64,000 nucleotides of DNA from Faecousia sp. (lineage in GTDB: Bacteria; Bacillota; Clostridia; Oscillospirales; Oscillospiraceae): assembly GCA_045119455.1 (NCBI GenBank), contig JBGVDR010000120.1:1941-65940 (forward strand), written 5' to 3'. Below, piece by piece: positions 18,716 through 28,480 of the stretch. The position numbers were made by a program, and so were the translations under genes. Every line of letters starts with the position of its first letter. The first letter of the stretch is position 1. Below the pieces are notes generated by a model. That model was not told where the DNA came from, searched no databases, and saw only the letters and a list, made by a program, of their open reading frames with translations.

Positions 18716-18789
18716 TTACAAATTACAAATTATAAATTACAAATGGAACCAGGGGTTCCTCTGTAATTTGTAATTCTTAATTATGAATT
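18714..18789. repeat. Palindromic heptamer array
   Basis: AATTACA-type unit x4, GGAACC/GGTTCC hairpin, then TGTAATT-type unit x4. Confidence 0.8.
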
Positions 18790-18811
18790 TTTACAATCGG
18801 AGGAGATTCCA

Positions 18812-20317
18812 ATGGCTTACATTTATCCCGAGCCCAGCCACACCTTCAGCGAGTATCTGCTGATTCCCGGTTACACTTCTGAGGAGTGCATCCCCGACCG
18901 GGTTTCCCTGCGCACCCCCCTGGTCAAGTACCGCAAGGGCGTGGAAGAGCCCGCCATCAGCCTGAATGTGCCGCTGACCTCTGCGGTCATGCAGTCCGTT
19001 TCCAACGACACCCTGGCCATCGCTTTGGCCAAGGAAGGCGGCATCAGCTTCATTTACGGCTCCCAGTCCATCGAGGACCAGGCTGCTATGGTTGCCCGGG
19101 TCAAGGGTTATAAGGCTGGTTTCGTGGTTTCCGCCTCCAATTTGACTCCGGAGCATACCCTGGCCGACGTGCTGGCGCTGAAGGCTAAGAATGGCTTCTC
19201 CACCGTTGCCATCACCGAGGACGGCACACCCAACGGCAAGCTGCTGGGCATCGTTACCGGCCGTGACTACCGTGTCAGCCGTATGGATCCTTCCGAGAAG
19301 GTCAAGAACTTCATGACCCCCCGGGCCAAGCTGATTACCGGCAATCAGAACACCACCCTGAAGCAGGCCAACGACCTGATTTGGGACAACAAGCTGAACA
19401 GCCTGCCCATCGTGGACGAGAACGACCACATGATGTACTTCGTGTTCCGCAAGGACTACGCTTCCCACAAGGCGAATCCCCAGGAACTGCTGGACAGCCA
19501 GAAGCGTTACCTGGTGGGCGCCGGCATCAACACCCGTGACTACGCTACCCGTATTCCTGCTCTGCTGGAGGCCGGCGTGGACGTGCTGGTTATCGACTCC
19601 TCCGAGGGCTTTACCTGCTGGCAGGAAAAGACCATCAAGTGGGTCCGTGAGAATTACGGCGACACCGTAAAGATTGGCGCCGGCAACGTGGTGGACAAGG
19701 ATGGCTTCCGCTTCCTGGCCGAGGCTGGTGCGGACTTCATCAAGGTTGGTATCGGCGGCGGCTCCATCTGCATCACTCGTGAAACCAAGGGCATCGGCCG
19801 CGGTCAGGCTACCGCTCTGATCGACGTGGCAGAGGCTCGTGATGCCTACTTCAAGGAGACCGGCATTTATGTGCCCATCTGCTCCGACGGCGGCATCGTC
19901 CATGATTATCACATGACCCTGGCGCTGGCCATGGGTGCGGACTTCCTGATGCTGGGTCGTTACTTTGCCCGCTTCGACGAAAGCCCCACGAATAAGGTTA
20001 TGGTCAACGGCGCTTACATGAAGGAGTACTGGGGCGAGGGCTCCAACCGTGCCCGGAACTGGCAGCGTTATGATCTGGGCGGCTCCACCAAGCTGAGCTT
20101 TGAGGAAGGCGTTGACTCCTATGTTACCTACGCCGGTTCTCTGCACGATAACGTGGAGGCCAGCCTGTACAAAGTCAAGTCCACCATGTGCAACTGCGGT
20201 GTGATTACCATCCCCGACCTGCAGCGGGAGGCCAAGCTGACTCTGGTTTCCGCCACCTCCATTGTCGAGGGCGGCGCCCACGATGTCACCCTGCGCTCCA
20301 CCAGCTCTGTAAAGTAA
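18812..20317 (+). CDS. guaB: IMP dehydrogenase
   Basis: CBS pair, [13 protein letters not shown] catalytic Cys motif, SDGGI, YWGEGS. Confidence 0.95.
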   Translation: MAYIYPEPSHTFSEYLLIPGYTSEECIPDRVSLRTPLVKYRKGVEEPAISLNVPLTSAVMQSVSNDTLAIALAKEGGISFIYGSQSIEDQAAMVARVKGYKAGFVVSASNLTPEHTLADVLALKAKNGFSTVAITEDGTPNGKLLGIVTGRDYRVSRMDPSEKVKNFMTPRAKLITGNQNTTLKQANDLIWDNKLNSLPIVDENDHMMYFVFRKDYASHKANPQELLDSQKRYLVGAGINTRDYATRIPALLEAGVDVLVIDSSEGFTCWQEKTIKWVRENYGDTVKIGAGNVVDKDGFRFLAEAGADFIKVGIGGGSICITRETKGIGRGQATALIDVAEARDAYFKETGIYVPICSDGGIVHDYHMTLALAMGADFLMLGRYFARFDESPTNKVMVNGAYMKEYWGEGSNRARNWQRYDLGGSTKLSFEEGVDSYVTYAGSLHDNVEASLYKVKSTMCNCGVITIPDLQREAKLTLVSATSIVEGGAHDVTLRSTSSVK

Positions 20318-20325
20318 AAATGTGG

Positions 20326-20356
20326 CTCCCACGGATTTTTCCGTGGGAGTTTTTTT
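20326..20356 (+). terminator. Rho-independent terminator
   Basis: CTCCCACGG-ATTTTT-CCGTGGGAG followed by a T-run. Confidence 0.8.
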
Positions 20357-20376
20357 GAGTGTAAAAATTTTATAAA

Positions 20377-20446
20377 TAAGAATAATTCCTATTGACAATT
20401 AGAAAAATTTATGTTATGATCAGCGTGTAAATAAGAATCATTCTTA
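20377..20446 (+). promoter_or_regulatory. Sigma-A promoter flanked by two Per/Fur-type 7-1-7 boxes
   Basis: TAAGAAT-A-ATTCCTA (20377-20391), TTGACA (20392-20397), 17 bp, TGnTATGAT (to 20420), perfect TAAGAAT-C-ATTCTTA (20432-20446). Confidence 0.75.
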
Positions 20447-20460
20447 ACAAGGAGGTGCCT

Positions 20461-20856
20461 ATGGAAAACAGCAAGCATTTTCGCAAGCGTGACGCCATAT
20501 TATCCTGCGTCAAGGCTACGGATGTCCACCCCTCCGCCGACTGGGTTCACGCCCAGATTCGCCGGGAATATCCAGACATCTCTCTGGCGACGGTGTACCG
20601 CAACCTGGCGCTTTTTAAGCAACAGGGGCTGATTACCAGCCTGGGCACCGTCAGCGGCGTGGAGCGGTTCGATGGCAATACCGAGCCCCACGTCCATTTC
20701 GTTTGCCGCAGCTGTGACAGCGTCATCGACCTGCCCCAGCTGGCAGTTCCCCAGAGTCTGACCGCAGAAGCGGCGACTCAAACCGGTGGTCAAGTTGACT
20801 TGTGCCACCTGTCCTTCACCGGAATTTGCCGCCGGTGTTGCAAAAATTCTCATTAA
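20461..20856 (+). CDS. perR: Fur-family repressor, PerR-like
   Basis: HPSAD, ISLATVYRNL, RFDG, HVHFVCRSC and CRRC; upstream of rubrerythrin. Confidence 0.8.
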   Translation: MENSKHFRKRDAILSCVKATDVHPSADWVHAQIRREYPDISLATVYRNLALFKQQGLITSLGTVSGVERFDGNTEPHVHFVCRSCDSVIDLPQLAVPQSLTAEAATQTGGQVDLCHLSFTGICRRCCKNSH

Positions 20857-20881
20857 AACAATATTTTTGGAGGAAAAAATT

Positions 20882-21475
20882 ATGAAGAAGTTTGTTTGCA
20901 GTGTTTGTGGTTACGTTCATACCGCCGAGGAGCTGGAGTCTGATTTCCGCTGCCCCGTTTGCCGGGTGCCCGCTTCCAAGTTTGTGGAGCAGAAGGGTGA
21001 GATGAAGCTGGCTGCTGAGCACGAGTTCGGCATCTACGAGAAGACCGTCGCCAACAACCCCGACATCTCCGACGAGGATAAGGCCTATATCCGTGACCAG
21101 CTGTTCGCCAACTTCAATGGCGAGTGCAGCGAGGTGGGTATGTACCTGTGCATGGCCCGTATCGCGCACCGTGAGGGCTATCCCGAAATCGGCCTGTACT
21201 GGGAGAAGGCTGCTTGGGAAGAGGCTGAGCATGCCGCCAAGTTCGCTGAGCTGCTGGGCAGCACCCTGGAGCCCAACATGAAGGCCTCCACCAAGGAGAA
21301 CCTGGCATGGCGCGTGGAGTGCGAGTTTGGCGCCACTCAGGGCAAGACCGACCTGGCCATCTGCGCTAAGAAGAACGGTCTGGATGCCATCCACGACACC
21401 GTCCACGAGATGGCTCGTGACGAAGCTCGCCACGGCAAGGCACTGAAGGGCCTGCTGGAGCGGTACTTCAAGTAA
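20882..21475 (+). CDS. rbr: Reverse rubrerythrin (NADH peroxidase)
   Basis: N-terminal CSVCG/CPVC rubredoxin domain, then GECSEVGMY, EEAEH and DEARH di-iron motifs. Confidence 0.9.
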   Translation: MKKFVCSVCGYVHTAEELESDFRCPVCRVPASKFVEQKGEMKLAAEHEFGIYEKTVANNPDISDEDKAYIRDQLFANFNGECSEVGMYLCMARIAHREGYPEIGLYWEKAAWEEAEHAAKFAELLGSTLEPNMKASTKENLAWRVECEFGATQGKTDLAICAKKNGLDAIHDTVHEMARDEARHGKALKGLLERYFK

Positions 21476-21595
21476 AACATTCAAATCGTCAGGGCTTGTC
21501 CCTGACGATTTTTTGTATGTGTGTATTTTTTGACGGTATTGCTTTTTCGGGGGTGGGGTGGTATACTTTTTGCAGAAAATGCGGGAGGGATTACC

Positions 21596-22489
21596 GTGAA
21601 ACTGCTCAGACGAATCGGAAAAGAGGTAAAAATTTACCGCTGTCGCAACAAGTGTGTGCTGTATTATTCCCAGCTTCGGGCGGCGGAGAATCGGGTCAAC
21701 CTGAACTACTGCCATGCAGGGCTGAACAAGGCCGGCGTGGGCGACGACAATGCCGCCATCAACAATCTGGGCGACGAGCTTTCGACCATCATTGTGGAGC
21801 ATCTGCTGGCGCAGAAGGGCCTGAGCCTGGCTTCCCCCGTCCCCAAAACCCGGCATCTGTATGCCGTGGGCTCCATCCTTTTCTTCGGTTATCAGGATGC
21901 CACGGTGTGGGGCTCCGGTCTGCTGGAGGCTCCCTCCTTTGTCCGCCGGCTCACCCGGGGCAGACTTCTGCGGAAGCTGGACATCCGCTGTGTGCGGGGC
22001 CCCAGAACCCGGGCGATTATGAAAAAAAGCGGCTTCCGCTGTCCGGAGGTTTATGGTGACCCCGGATGCCTGATGCCGCTGATTTACAAGCCGGAAGTTG
22101 AGAAAACGCTGGAATATGTGGTAATTCCCCATTTTTCTATGGAGGAAACAGTGCGAAAACAGGTGCCGGCGGAGAACGTGGTCAGCATGATGACCACCGA
22201 CTACAAGGCGGTCATCGACAGAATCTGCGCCGCCAAAAAGGTGATTTCCAGCTCCCTGCACGGCATTATTCTGGCGGAAGCTTACGGGGTGCCGGCGGTG
22301 TTTTATCAGGATCGACCGGGGCATTTGAATTTCAAGTATGCCGACTGGTACGAAAGCACCGGGCGGACGGAATGGGCGACGGCCACGGATTTGCAGACTG
22401 CCATCGCCATGGAGGGCAGCCCCCTGCCGGATTTGTCCGCCATGCAGCGGGCGCTGCTGGAGCGCTTTCCCTACGACTTGTGGGAGTGA
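21596..22489 (+). CDS. Polysaccharide pyruvyl transferase family protein
   Basis: NLGDEL, VGSIL, VWGSG, VRGPRT, GDPG, IPH, SSSLHGIILAEAYGVP; GTG start after GGAGG. Confidence 0.8.
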   Translation: MKLLRRIGKEVKIYRCRNKCVLYYSQLRAAENRVNLNYCHAGLNKAGVGDDNAAINNLGDELSTIIVEHLLAQKGLSLASPVPKTRHLYAVGSILFFGYQDATVWGSGLLEAPSFVRRLTRGRLLRKLDIRCVRGPRTRAIMKKSGFRCPEVYGDPGCLMPLIYKPEVEKTLEYVVIPHFSMEETVRKQVPAENVVSMMTTDYKAVIDRICAAKKVISSSLHGIILAEAYGVPAVFYQDRPGHLNFKYADWYESTGRTEWATATDLQTAIAMEGSPLPDLSAMQRALLERFPYDLWE

Positions 22490-22503
22490 GTTCATACAAA
22501 AAA

Positions 22504-22544
22504 CACGTCATTGCGAGCGGGCGATGTTGGCTCGCAATGACGTG
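22504..22544. repeat. CGTC-tagged REP-like hairpin (collapsed copy) between convergent genes
   Basis: CACGTCATTGCGAGC...GCTCGCAATGACGTG. Confidence 0.8.
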
Positions 22545-22551
22545 CATATTT

Positions 22552-23004
22552 TTAAAATTTTATACCCTTAAAATCCTTTCGGCGGTTGCCTTCGCTGTCG
22601 AAGACTACAATCACCGTCACATTAATACCCGCAATGGCCACTGCCAGCAGACCGATTTCCCACACCAGCAGCCAGATTGCCTTCATGACCTGATCTGGCA
22701 GAGGGGCGTTGGCAAAGCCGGCGCAGATGCAGGCCATGACGATGGTCAGCACCAGACCCAGAGTGCCCAGTACGGCGCCCGCGACTTTCTGCATAAATCG
22801 CCAGGACCCCACCCGGGCCATGCCGTAGCGGAACCGGTAGCCGGCGGAGTGGTTTGCCTCCGGCGGCGGCGCCAGGAAATAGTACAGACCCAGACCCAGC
22901 ATGCACAGAGGTCCTGCCATCACCAGAATCCGCACCAAAAAGCTCACCCATCCCAGCAGGCTGTCCAGCTCGGGAAGCAGAGCCTCCAAATTTAATTCAT
23001 CCAT
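22552..23004 (-). CDS. SdpI/YhfL-like membrane protein
   Basis: PPPEANHSAGYR...SWRFMQ motif, 3 TM segments. Confidence 0.65.
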   Translation of the reverse strand: MDELNLEALLPELDSLLGWVSFLVRILVMAGPLCMLGLGLYYFLAPPPEANHSAGYRFRYGMARVGSWRFMQKVAGAVLGTLGLVLTIVMACICAGFANAPLPDQVMKAIWLLVWEIGLLAVAIAGINVTVIVVFDSEGNRRKDFKGIKF

Positions 23005-23015
23005 CTTTTTGCTCC

Positions 23016-23471
23016 TTATTTCTCATCCAGGAACTTGCTGATTTCCCGCATGAAGCTGCTGGCATCCTGGAACCGGTGATAAATGGAGGCGAAGCGGATG
23101 TAGGCGACCTCGTCCAGGGGCTTGAGCCGCTCCATGACCATTTCGCCCACCTTGTCGGTGGTGATTTCCCGCTCCAGGGTGTTTTGGATGGTCTGTTCAA
23201 TCTCGGTGGTAATCCGGTCCAGGTCACCTACGTCCACCTTCCGCTTGTCGAAGGCACGCATCATGGAGTTGAGGACCTTATTCCGGTCAAAATTCTGCCG
23301 GGAGCCGTCCCGCTTGACCACGATGACCGGCAGACTTTCCACGATTTCGTAGGTGGTAAACCGGCGCTGGCATTTCAGGCATTCCCGCCGGCGGCGGATG
23401 CTCAGCCCGTCCTCGGAATGGCGGGAATCCACGACCTTGCTTTCCTGATCGCCGCAAAAAGGACATTTCAT
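23016..23471 (-). CDS. nrdR: Transcriptional repressor NrdR
   Basis: MKCPFC, VVDSR, IRRRRECxxC, RFTTYE, ATP cone, AYIRFAS. Confidence 0.97.
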   Translation of the reverse strand: MKCPFCGDQESKVVDSRHSEDGLSIRRRRECLKCQRRFTTYEIVESLPVIVVKRDGSRQNFDRNKVLNSMMRAFDKRKVDVGDLDRITTEIEQTIQNTLEREITTDKVGEMVMERLKPLDEVAYIRFASIYHRFQDASSFMREISKFLDEK

Positions 23472-23597
23472 GGCAAACAACTCCCTTACAATGGTTCTTT
23501 TACCCATTATATCAGACAGTTGCGCCACTGTCTAGCTTTTTTTAGGTTGCGTTTTTCGGTGAGTTGGGGTAGAATAAACCAAACAGGAGGGACTTCC

Positions 23598-24011
23598 ATG
23601 AAAAAACGTAGCCTATGGCTGAGTTGGTACAGCCTTTATATTGTGTGCGCCCTGCTGGGCTTTATCCCCAACCCCTCCGGGCTGTGGAAAATCATTTGCG
23701 TGGGCATGAGCATTGCATTCTTCATCCCCGGCGGCATGCTGATCAAGTGGGCCAACGACCGGGACAAGGTTCAGACCCTCCGGCAGATTCGCAACATCAG
23801 TCTGATTCTGCTGGGCAGTACCATCGTGATGATTTGGCTGAACATGGCCTCGGCCCTGGTGGATAAAATTTGGGGCGATATCTTTTATGCCCTGCTGGTG
23901 CTGGTTTCCAGCCCCATGGTGTGCGGTCAGTATTGGGTGCTGAGTCTGTTTGGCTGGTCCTGCATTCTGATGACCACTCTATATCTATTGAAGGAGCGTA
24001 GCAAAAAATGA
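23598..24011 (+). CDS. Membrane protein of unknown function
   Basis: AGGAGG RBS, about 4 TM segments, stop overlaps the thyA start. Confidence 0.75.
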   Translation: MKKRSLWLSWYSLYIVCALLGFIPNPSGLWKIICVGMSIAFFIPGGMLIKWANDRDKVQTLRQIRNISLILLGSTIVMIWLNMASALVDKIWGDIFYALLVLVSSPMVCGQYWVLSLFGWSCILMTTLYLLKERSKK

Positions 24012-24838
24012 GCAGAGCAGATGAACTGTATCGGCAGACTTGCCTGGATATTTTAGAGAACGGCTTCTCTGATGAGGGCCTGGAGGTTCGTCCCCACTGG
24101 GCGGATGGCACCCCTGCCCACACCATCAAGAAATTCGGCGTGGTCAACCGTTATAATCTGGCGGAGGAATTCCCCATTATGACCCTGCGGCGGACTTACT
24201 GGAAGTCTGCCATTGACGAGCTGCTGTGGATTTGGCAGAAGAAGTCCAATCGGATTTGCGATTTGGGCAGCCATGTTTGGGATGAGTGGGCAGGTCCGGA
24301 CGGCACCATCGGCAAGGCCTACGGCTATCAGCTGGGGCTGAAGCACCACTATAAAGAGGGCGATATGGATCAGGTGGATCGGGTGCTGTACGATTTGAAG
24401 CACAATCCGGCTTCCCGGCGGATTCTGACCAATATCTACAATTTTGAAGATCTGCACGAGATGAATCTGTATCCCTGCGCCTACTCCATGACCTTCAACG
24501 TCACCGGCAACAAGCTCAACGCGATTTTGAATCAGCGCTCCCAGGATATGCTCACCGCCAACAACTGGAACGTGGTGCAGTATGCCGTGCTGACCCACAT
24601 GATGGCGCAGGTCAGCGGCCTGGAGGTGGGCGAATTTGTCCATGTCATCGCTGATTGCCATATTTATGACCGGCACATCCCTGCGGTGAAGGCTATGCTG
24701 GAAAAAGAGGGCTTTGAGGCGCCTCGGTTTATTATGGATAAAAATATTACGGATTTCTACGATTTCACCAAAGATTCCTTCAAAATGGAAGGGTATCAGT
24801 TCCATCCTTTTGATTTCGAGATTCCTATGGCAATCTAA
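24008..24838 (+). CDS. thyA: Thymidylate synthase
   Basis: ELLW, GKAYGYQ, SRR, LYPC, QRSQD, HIYDRH. Confidence 0.96.
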   Translation: MSRADELYRQTCLDILENGFSDEGLEVRPHWADGTPAHTIKKFGVVNRYNLAEEFPIMTLRRTYWKSAIDELLWIWQKKSNRICDLGSHVWDEWAGPDGTIGKAYGYQLGLKHHYKEGDMDQVDRVLYDLKHNPASRRILTNIYNFEDLHEMNLYPCAYSMTFNVTGNKLNAILNQRSQDMLTANNWNVVQYAVLTHMMAQVSGLEVGEFVHVIADCHIYDRHIPAVKAMLEKEGFEAPRFIMDKNITDFYDFTKDSFKMEGYQFHPFDFEIPMAI

Positions 24839-24883
24839 ACTGTACCCTTACCCATCCGGATGAGGCCCATGTGCAAAAACCTG

Positions 24884-25138
24884 TAAATGATAGTTTAGCG
24901 GTGTAAAAAATAGCACGTCATTGCGAGGGCGGCTATGCCGCCCGTGGCAATCTCCTGATAATAAAACGTATCAGTTCCCTTTAGAGGAGATCGCCACGGG
25001 CCGAAAGGCCCTCGCGATGACAGACATTTCTGTACGATTTATAGAGCCGTTCGTTACCGAGTGAGCCCAATGGTGGACGATTACCGCCTGGGTAGGTGAC
25101 GAGATTTGCCGCGGGCCATGCCCGTAAACAATCTTTTA
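24884..25138. repeat. Inverted-repeat-bounded element carrying a CGTC REP doublet
   Basis: TAAATGATAGTTTAGCG ... CACGTCATTGCGAGGGC...GCCCTCGCGATGAC (24914-25021) ... CGTAAACAATCTTTTA. Confidence 0.65.
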
Positions 25139-25296
25139 TCTTATCAACGAAAATTTTTACAGTCTGCAACCCTCGCCCGCTTTGGGCGGGGGTATGATTT
25201 TTTGGAAACGTTTTATAATTGTGAAATTATTTAAGGATTATTTCATAATTGACATGTTATGATTGGCCCACAAAACAGAAAGGAGCAAACAACAAA

Positions 25297-27687
25297 ATGT
25301 ATTTGCGAATCTTAAAGCGTGACCTGAAACGTAAGAAGACCATGAACACGATTCTGTTGATTTTCATCATCCTGACCGCTCTGTTCGTGGCAAGCAGTGT
25401 CAACAACATCATCACCGTGGCCAACGGCATGGACAACTTTTTTGAAACTGCCGACGTTGCGGATTTCTTTATGATCAAACAGAACCTGGGAAACAACATG
25501 GATGTGTCTGAGGCTCTGCGGAACATCGAAGCGATAGAAAGCTTCGAGAAAGACGAATTAATCAGTTTCAATTCCGAAAATCTCTTTTATAAAGGCGAAA
25601 AGCTGAAGGACATGACCAACACCGGTTTTCTCCAGTCCTTTGAAAAGAAGCATGTGAAGCTGTTCGACAGCGAAAACCGGGAGCTGACCTCCGTGGAGCC
25701 CGGCACCGTGTGGGTCGCCAACAAGGTGCTGAACATGACCGGCTTGAAGGTGGGTGACACCATCGAAATCCGAATCGATGAGGTCTCCAAGGAATTCCGC
25801 ATTGCAGGCGTCATAAAGGATGCCTATCTGGGCGGCACCGGCGTCACCCTGGCCCGGTTCCTGGTCAGCGACAGCGATTTTGAGGCATTCAACAGCAACG
25901 AAACCATTCACAACTTTTACGGCGGCGAGTTCTTCTACATCAACGGCTCAGATACAAAGGCCATCGAAGCGGCAGTCAGCGCATTGACTGATGCCAACAT
26001 CCAGATTGCAGAGCCTAAGTCCATCCTGACAGTGACCTTCCTGATGGATATGCTCATCGCCTGCATCCTGCTGGTGGTCAGCGTGGTGTTGATTCTGGTT
26101 GCCTTCGTGGTGCTGCGATTCACCATCTCCTTCACCCTGAAGGAAGAGTTCCGGGAAATCGGTGTGATGAAGGCCATCGGCCTACCCAACGTCCGCATCC
26201 GGGGCCTGTACATGGTCAAGTACCTGATGATGGCTCTGGTGGGCGCGACGATTGGCTTCCTGCTCAGCGTTCCCATGGGCAGAATGCTGCTGGACAGCGT
26301 TTCCAAGTCCATGGTGCTGGAGTCGGAGGGCAGCATTGCAATCAATGCCGTGTGCGCTCTGGGCGTGGTGCTGATTATCCTGGGCTTCTGCTACCTGTGC
26401 ACCGGCAAGGTCAAGAAGTTCACCCCTGTGGATGCCATCCGCAGCGGCGCCACCGGCGAGCGGTTTAAGAAGAAGGGCATCCTGCGCCTGAGCAAGGGCC
26501 GGACCAAGCCCTCCACCTTCATGGCTGCCAACGATGTGCTCAGCAGCCCCCGCCGCTACCTTACCATCGTGCTGACCTTCTTCCTGTGCCTGTCGCTGGT
26601 GCTGGTGCTGGTCAACACCGTCAACACCATGAACAGCGAGGAATTGACCACCGCCATGGGCATGGCCAAGAGCCAGATCTACTACGAAATCGGCGGCGAT
26701 CAGACCGAACTGATGACCGAAATCATGAATGAAAACGGTCAGGAAGTCATCAAGGGCAAGCTGGAGGACATCGAAAAAACTCTGGCTGACAACGGTATGG
26801 AAGCCCATTGCTTCGTCGAAGTGATGATGACGCTGTCCCTGTCTCATGGGGACAATTCCCTCAAATCCCTGGTCAGTCAGGGTGTAGGCGTCACCATGGA
26901 TCAATACCGGTTCTATGAAGGTACTGCCCCCCAGAATGCCAACGAGATTGCCCTGACCAAGGTCACAGCTGAAGAGCTGGGTGTGAGCATCGGCGATACC
27001 GTCACTGTCCATCACGTGGAAGGCGAGAGGGAATACATCGTCACCGCCTTGTTCCAGACAATGAACAACCTGGGCGAGGGAGCCCGTCTGCACGAGGATG
27101 TGAAGATGGATTACTCCCAGGCCATCAGTATGTTCCCTTACCAGATTAACTTCCTGGATGACCCCAGTCACAAGGAAATCGGGCAGCGTATCGATAAGAT
27201 GAAGGATATCTTCGACTCCGAGGACATCGTCACCGGCAGCGAATATGCCTCCTCCCACACCGGCGTGGCCGAACCTCTGAAGGCAGTCAGAACGCTGATG
27301 CTGATTATCGTGCTGGTCATCATCGTCCTCATCACTGTGCTGATGGAGTACTCCTTCCTGGCCAAGGAGCGCAGTGAAATTGCCATCCTGAAAGCCGTCG
27401 GCTTCTCCAACGGCGCTCTGATTCGCTGGCACACTCTGCGGTTCGTGCTGGTCAGCACCATCGCGACGGCCCTGGCCCTGCTGTGTACCGTTCCCTTCAC
27501 TAAGCTGTGCGTTGACCCCATCTTCAAGATGACCGGTGCCTCCTTCGGCATTGAGTATCACATCGATTCTTTGCAGATTTTCCTGCTCTACCCTGCCCTG
27601 GTTTTGGGTACCACCATCATCGGTGCCCTGCTGACTTCCTTGCGCATCCGCTCCATCCGGGCCAGCGAATGCTCCAACATTGACTAA
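25297..27687 (+). CDS. FtsX/MacB-like ABC transporter permease (two permease domains)
   Basis: EIGVMKAIG and EIAILKAVG motifs, two large extracellular loops. Confidence 0.9.
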   Translation: MYLRILKRDLKRKKTMNTILLIFIILTALFVASSVNNIITVANGMDNFFETADVADFFMIKQNLGNNMDVSEALRNIEAIESFEKDELISFNSENLFYKGEKLKDMTNTGFLQSFEKKHVKLFDSENRELTSVEPGTVWVANKVLNMTGLKVGDTIEIRIDEVSKEFRIAGVIKDAYLGGTGVTLARFLVSDSDFEAFNSNETIHNFYGGEFFYINGSDTKAIEAAVSALTDANIQIAEPKSILTVTFLMDMLIACILLVVSVVLILVAFVVLRFTISFTLKEEFREIGVMKAIGLPNVRIRGLYMVKYLMMALVGATIGFLLSVPMGRMLLDSVSKSMVLESEGSIAINAVCALGVVLIILGFCYLCTGKVKKFTPVDAIRSGATGERFKKKGILRLSKGRTKPSTFMAANDVLSSPRRYLTIVLTFFLCLSLVLVLVNTVNTMNSEELTTAMGMAKSQIYYEIGGDQTELMTEIMNENGQEVIKGKLEDIEKTLADNGMEAHCFVEVMMTLSLSHGDNSLKSLVSQGVGVTMDQYRFYEGTAPQNANEIALTKVTAEELGVSIGDTVTVHHVEGEREYIVTALFQTMNNLGEGARLHEDVKMDYSQAISMFPYQINFLDDPSHKEIGQRIDKMKDIFDSEDIVTGSEYASSHTGVAEPLKAVRTLMLIIVLVIIVLITVLMEYSFLAKERSEIAILKAVGFSNGALIRWHTLRFVLVSTIATALALLCTVPFTKLCVDPIFKMTGASFGIEYHIDSLQIFLLYPALVLGTTIIGALLTSLRIRSIRASECSNID

Positions 27688-27708
27688 GAAAGGTTTTGGT
27701 GAATAGAT

Positions 27709-28476
27709 ATGAATACCGTTTTGGAAGTTAAAGATCTGTGTAAGACCTATATTGTAAACAAGCGTCAGAACAATGTTCTGAAGAACGTGAATCTGACCGT
27801 GAACGAGGGCGAAATGATTGCGGTCATGGGGCCCTCCGGCTCCGGTAAGTCCACCCTGCTGTACGCTGTTTCCAGCATGGACAGCATCACCGCCGGCGAT
27901 GTCCGCTTCTGCGGCCGGGAGTTTTCCAGCCTGTCTGCCAAGGAGCTGGCTCAGCTCCGGCTGGATGATATGGGCTTCATCTTTCAGCAGATGTACATGC
28001 TGAAGAATCTGACCGTCCTGGACAACATCATTCTCCCCGCCTGCCAGTCTGAAAAGGTCAAGGAGAGCCGCAAGCAGATTGTCTGCCGGGGTCAGGAGCT
28101 GATGCGTAAGCTGGGCATCATCGACATCGCCGACAACGACATCACCGAGGTTTCCGGCGGTCAGCTCCAGCGGGCCTGCATCTGCCGTAGCCTGATTAAC
28201 CACCCCAAGATGATCTTTGCCGATGAGCCCACCGGCGCCCTGAACCGCACCTCTTCCGACGAGGTCATGGATGAGCTGGCCAAGATCAACGGTGAGGGCG
28301 CCACCATCATGCTGGTCACCCACGATGTAAAAGTTGCCGCAAAATGCTCCAGAGTGCTTTATCTGGTTGACGGAAACATCAAAGGCGAGTATGATTTAGG
28401 TAGCTACACCGCTTCCTCCTCCCTGCGTGACCGGGAGCGGGCGCTGAATAACTGGTTGATGGAAATGGGTTGGTAA
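27709..28476 (+). CDS. ABC transporter ATP-binding protein (LolD/MacB-like)
   Basis: [26 protein letters not shown]. Confidence 0.95.
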   Translation: MNTVLEVKDLCKTYIVNKRQNNVLKNVNLTVNEGEMIAVMGPSGSGKSTLLYAVSSMDSITAGDVRFCGREFSSLSAKELAQLRLDDMGFIFQQMYMLKNLTVLDNIILPACQSEKVKESRKQIVCRGQELMRKLGIIDIADNDITEVSGGQLQRACICRSLINHPKMIFADEPTGALNRTSSDEVMDELAKINGEGATIMLVTHDVKVAAKCSRVLYLVDGNIKGEYDLGSYTASSSLRDRERALNNWLMEMGW

Positions 28477-28480
28477 ATTT

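Noticed and set aside
18791-20398. Long antisense ORFs (also 20816-22495, 26182-28323, 28816-30855, 40346-42526, 42539-44323, 47894-49441, 60579-62372)
   Set aside because: Expected by-product of strong C/G-ending codon bias in the sense genes; no recognisable motifs.
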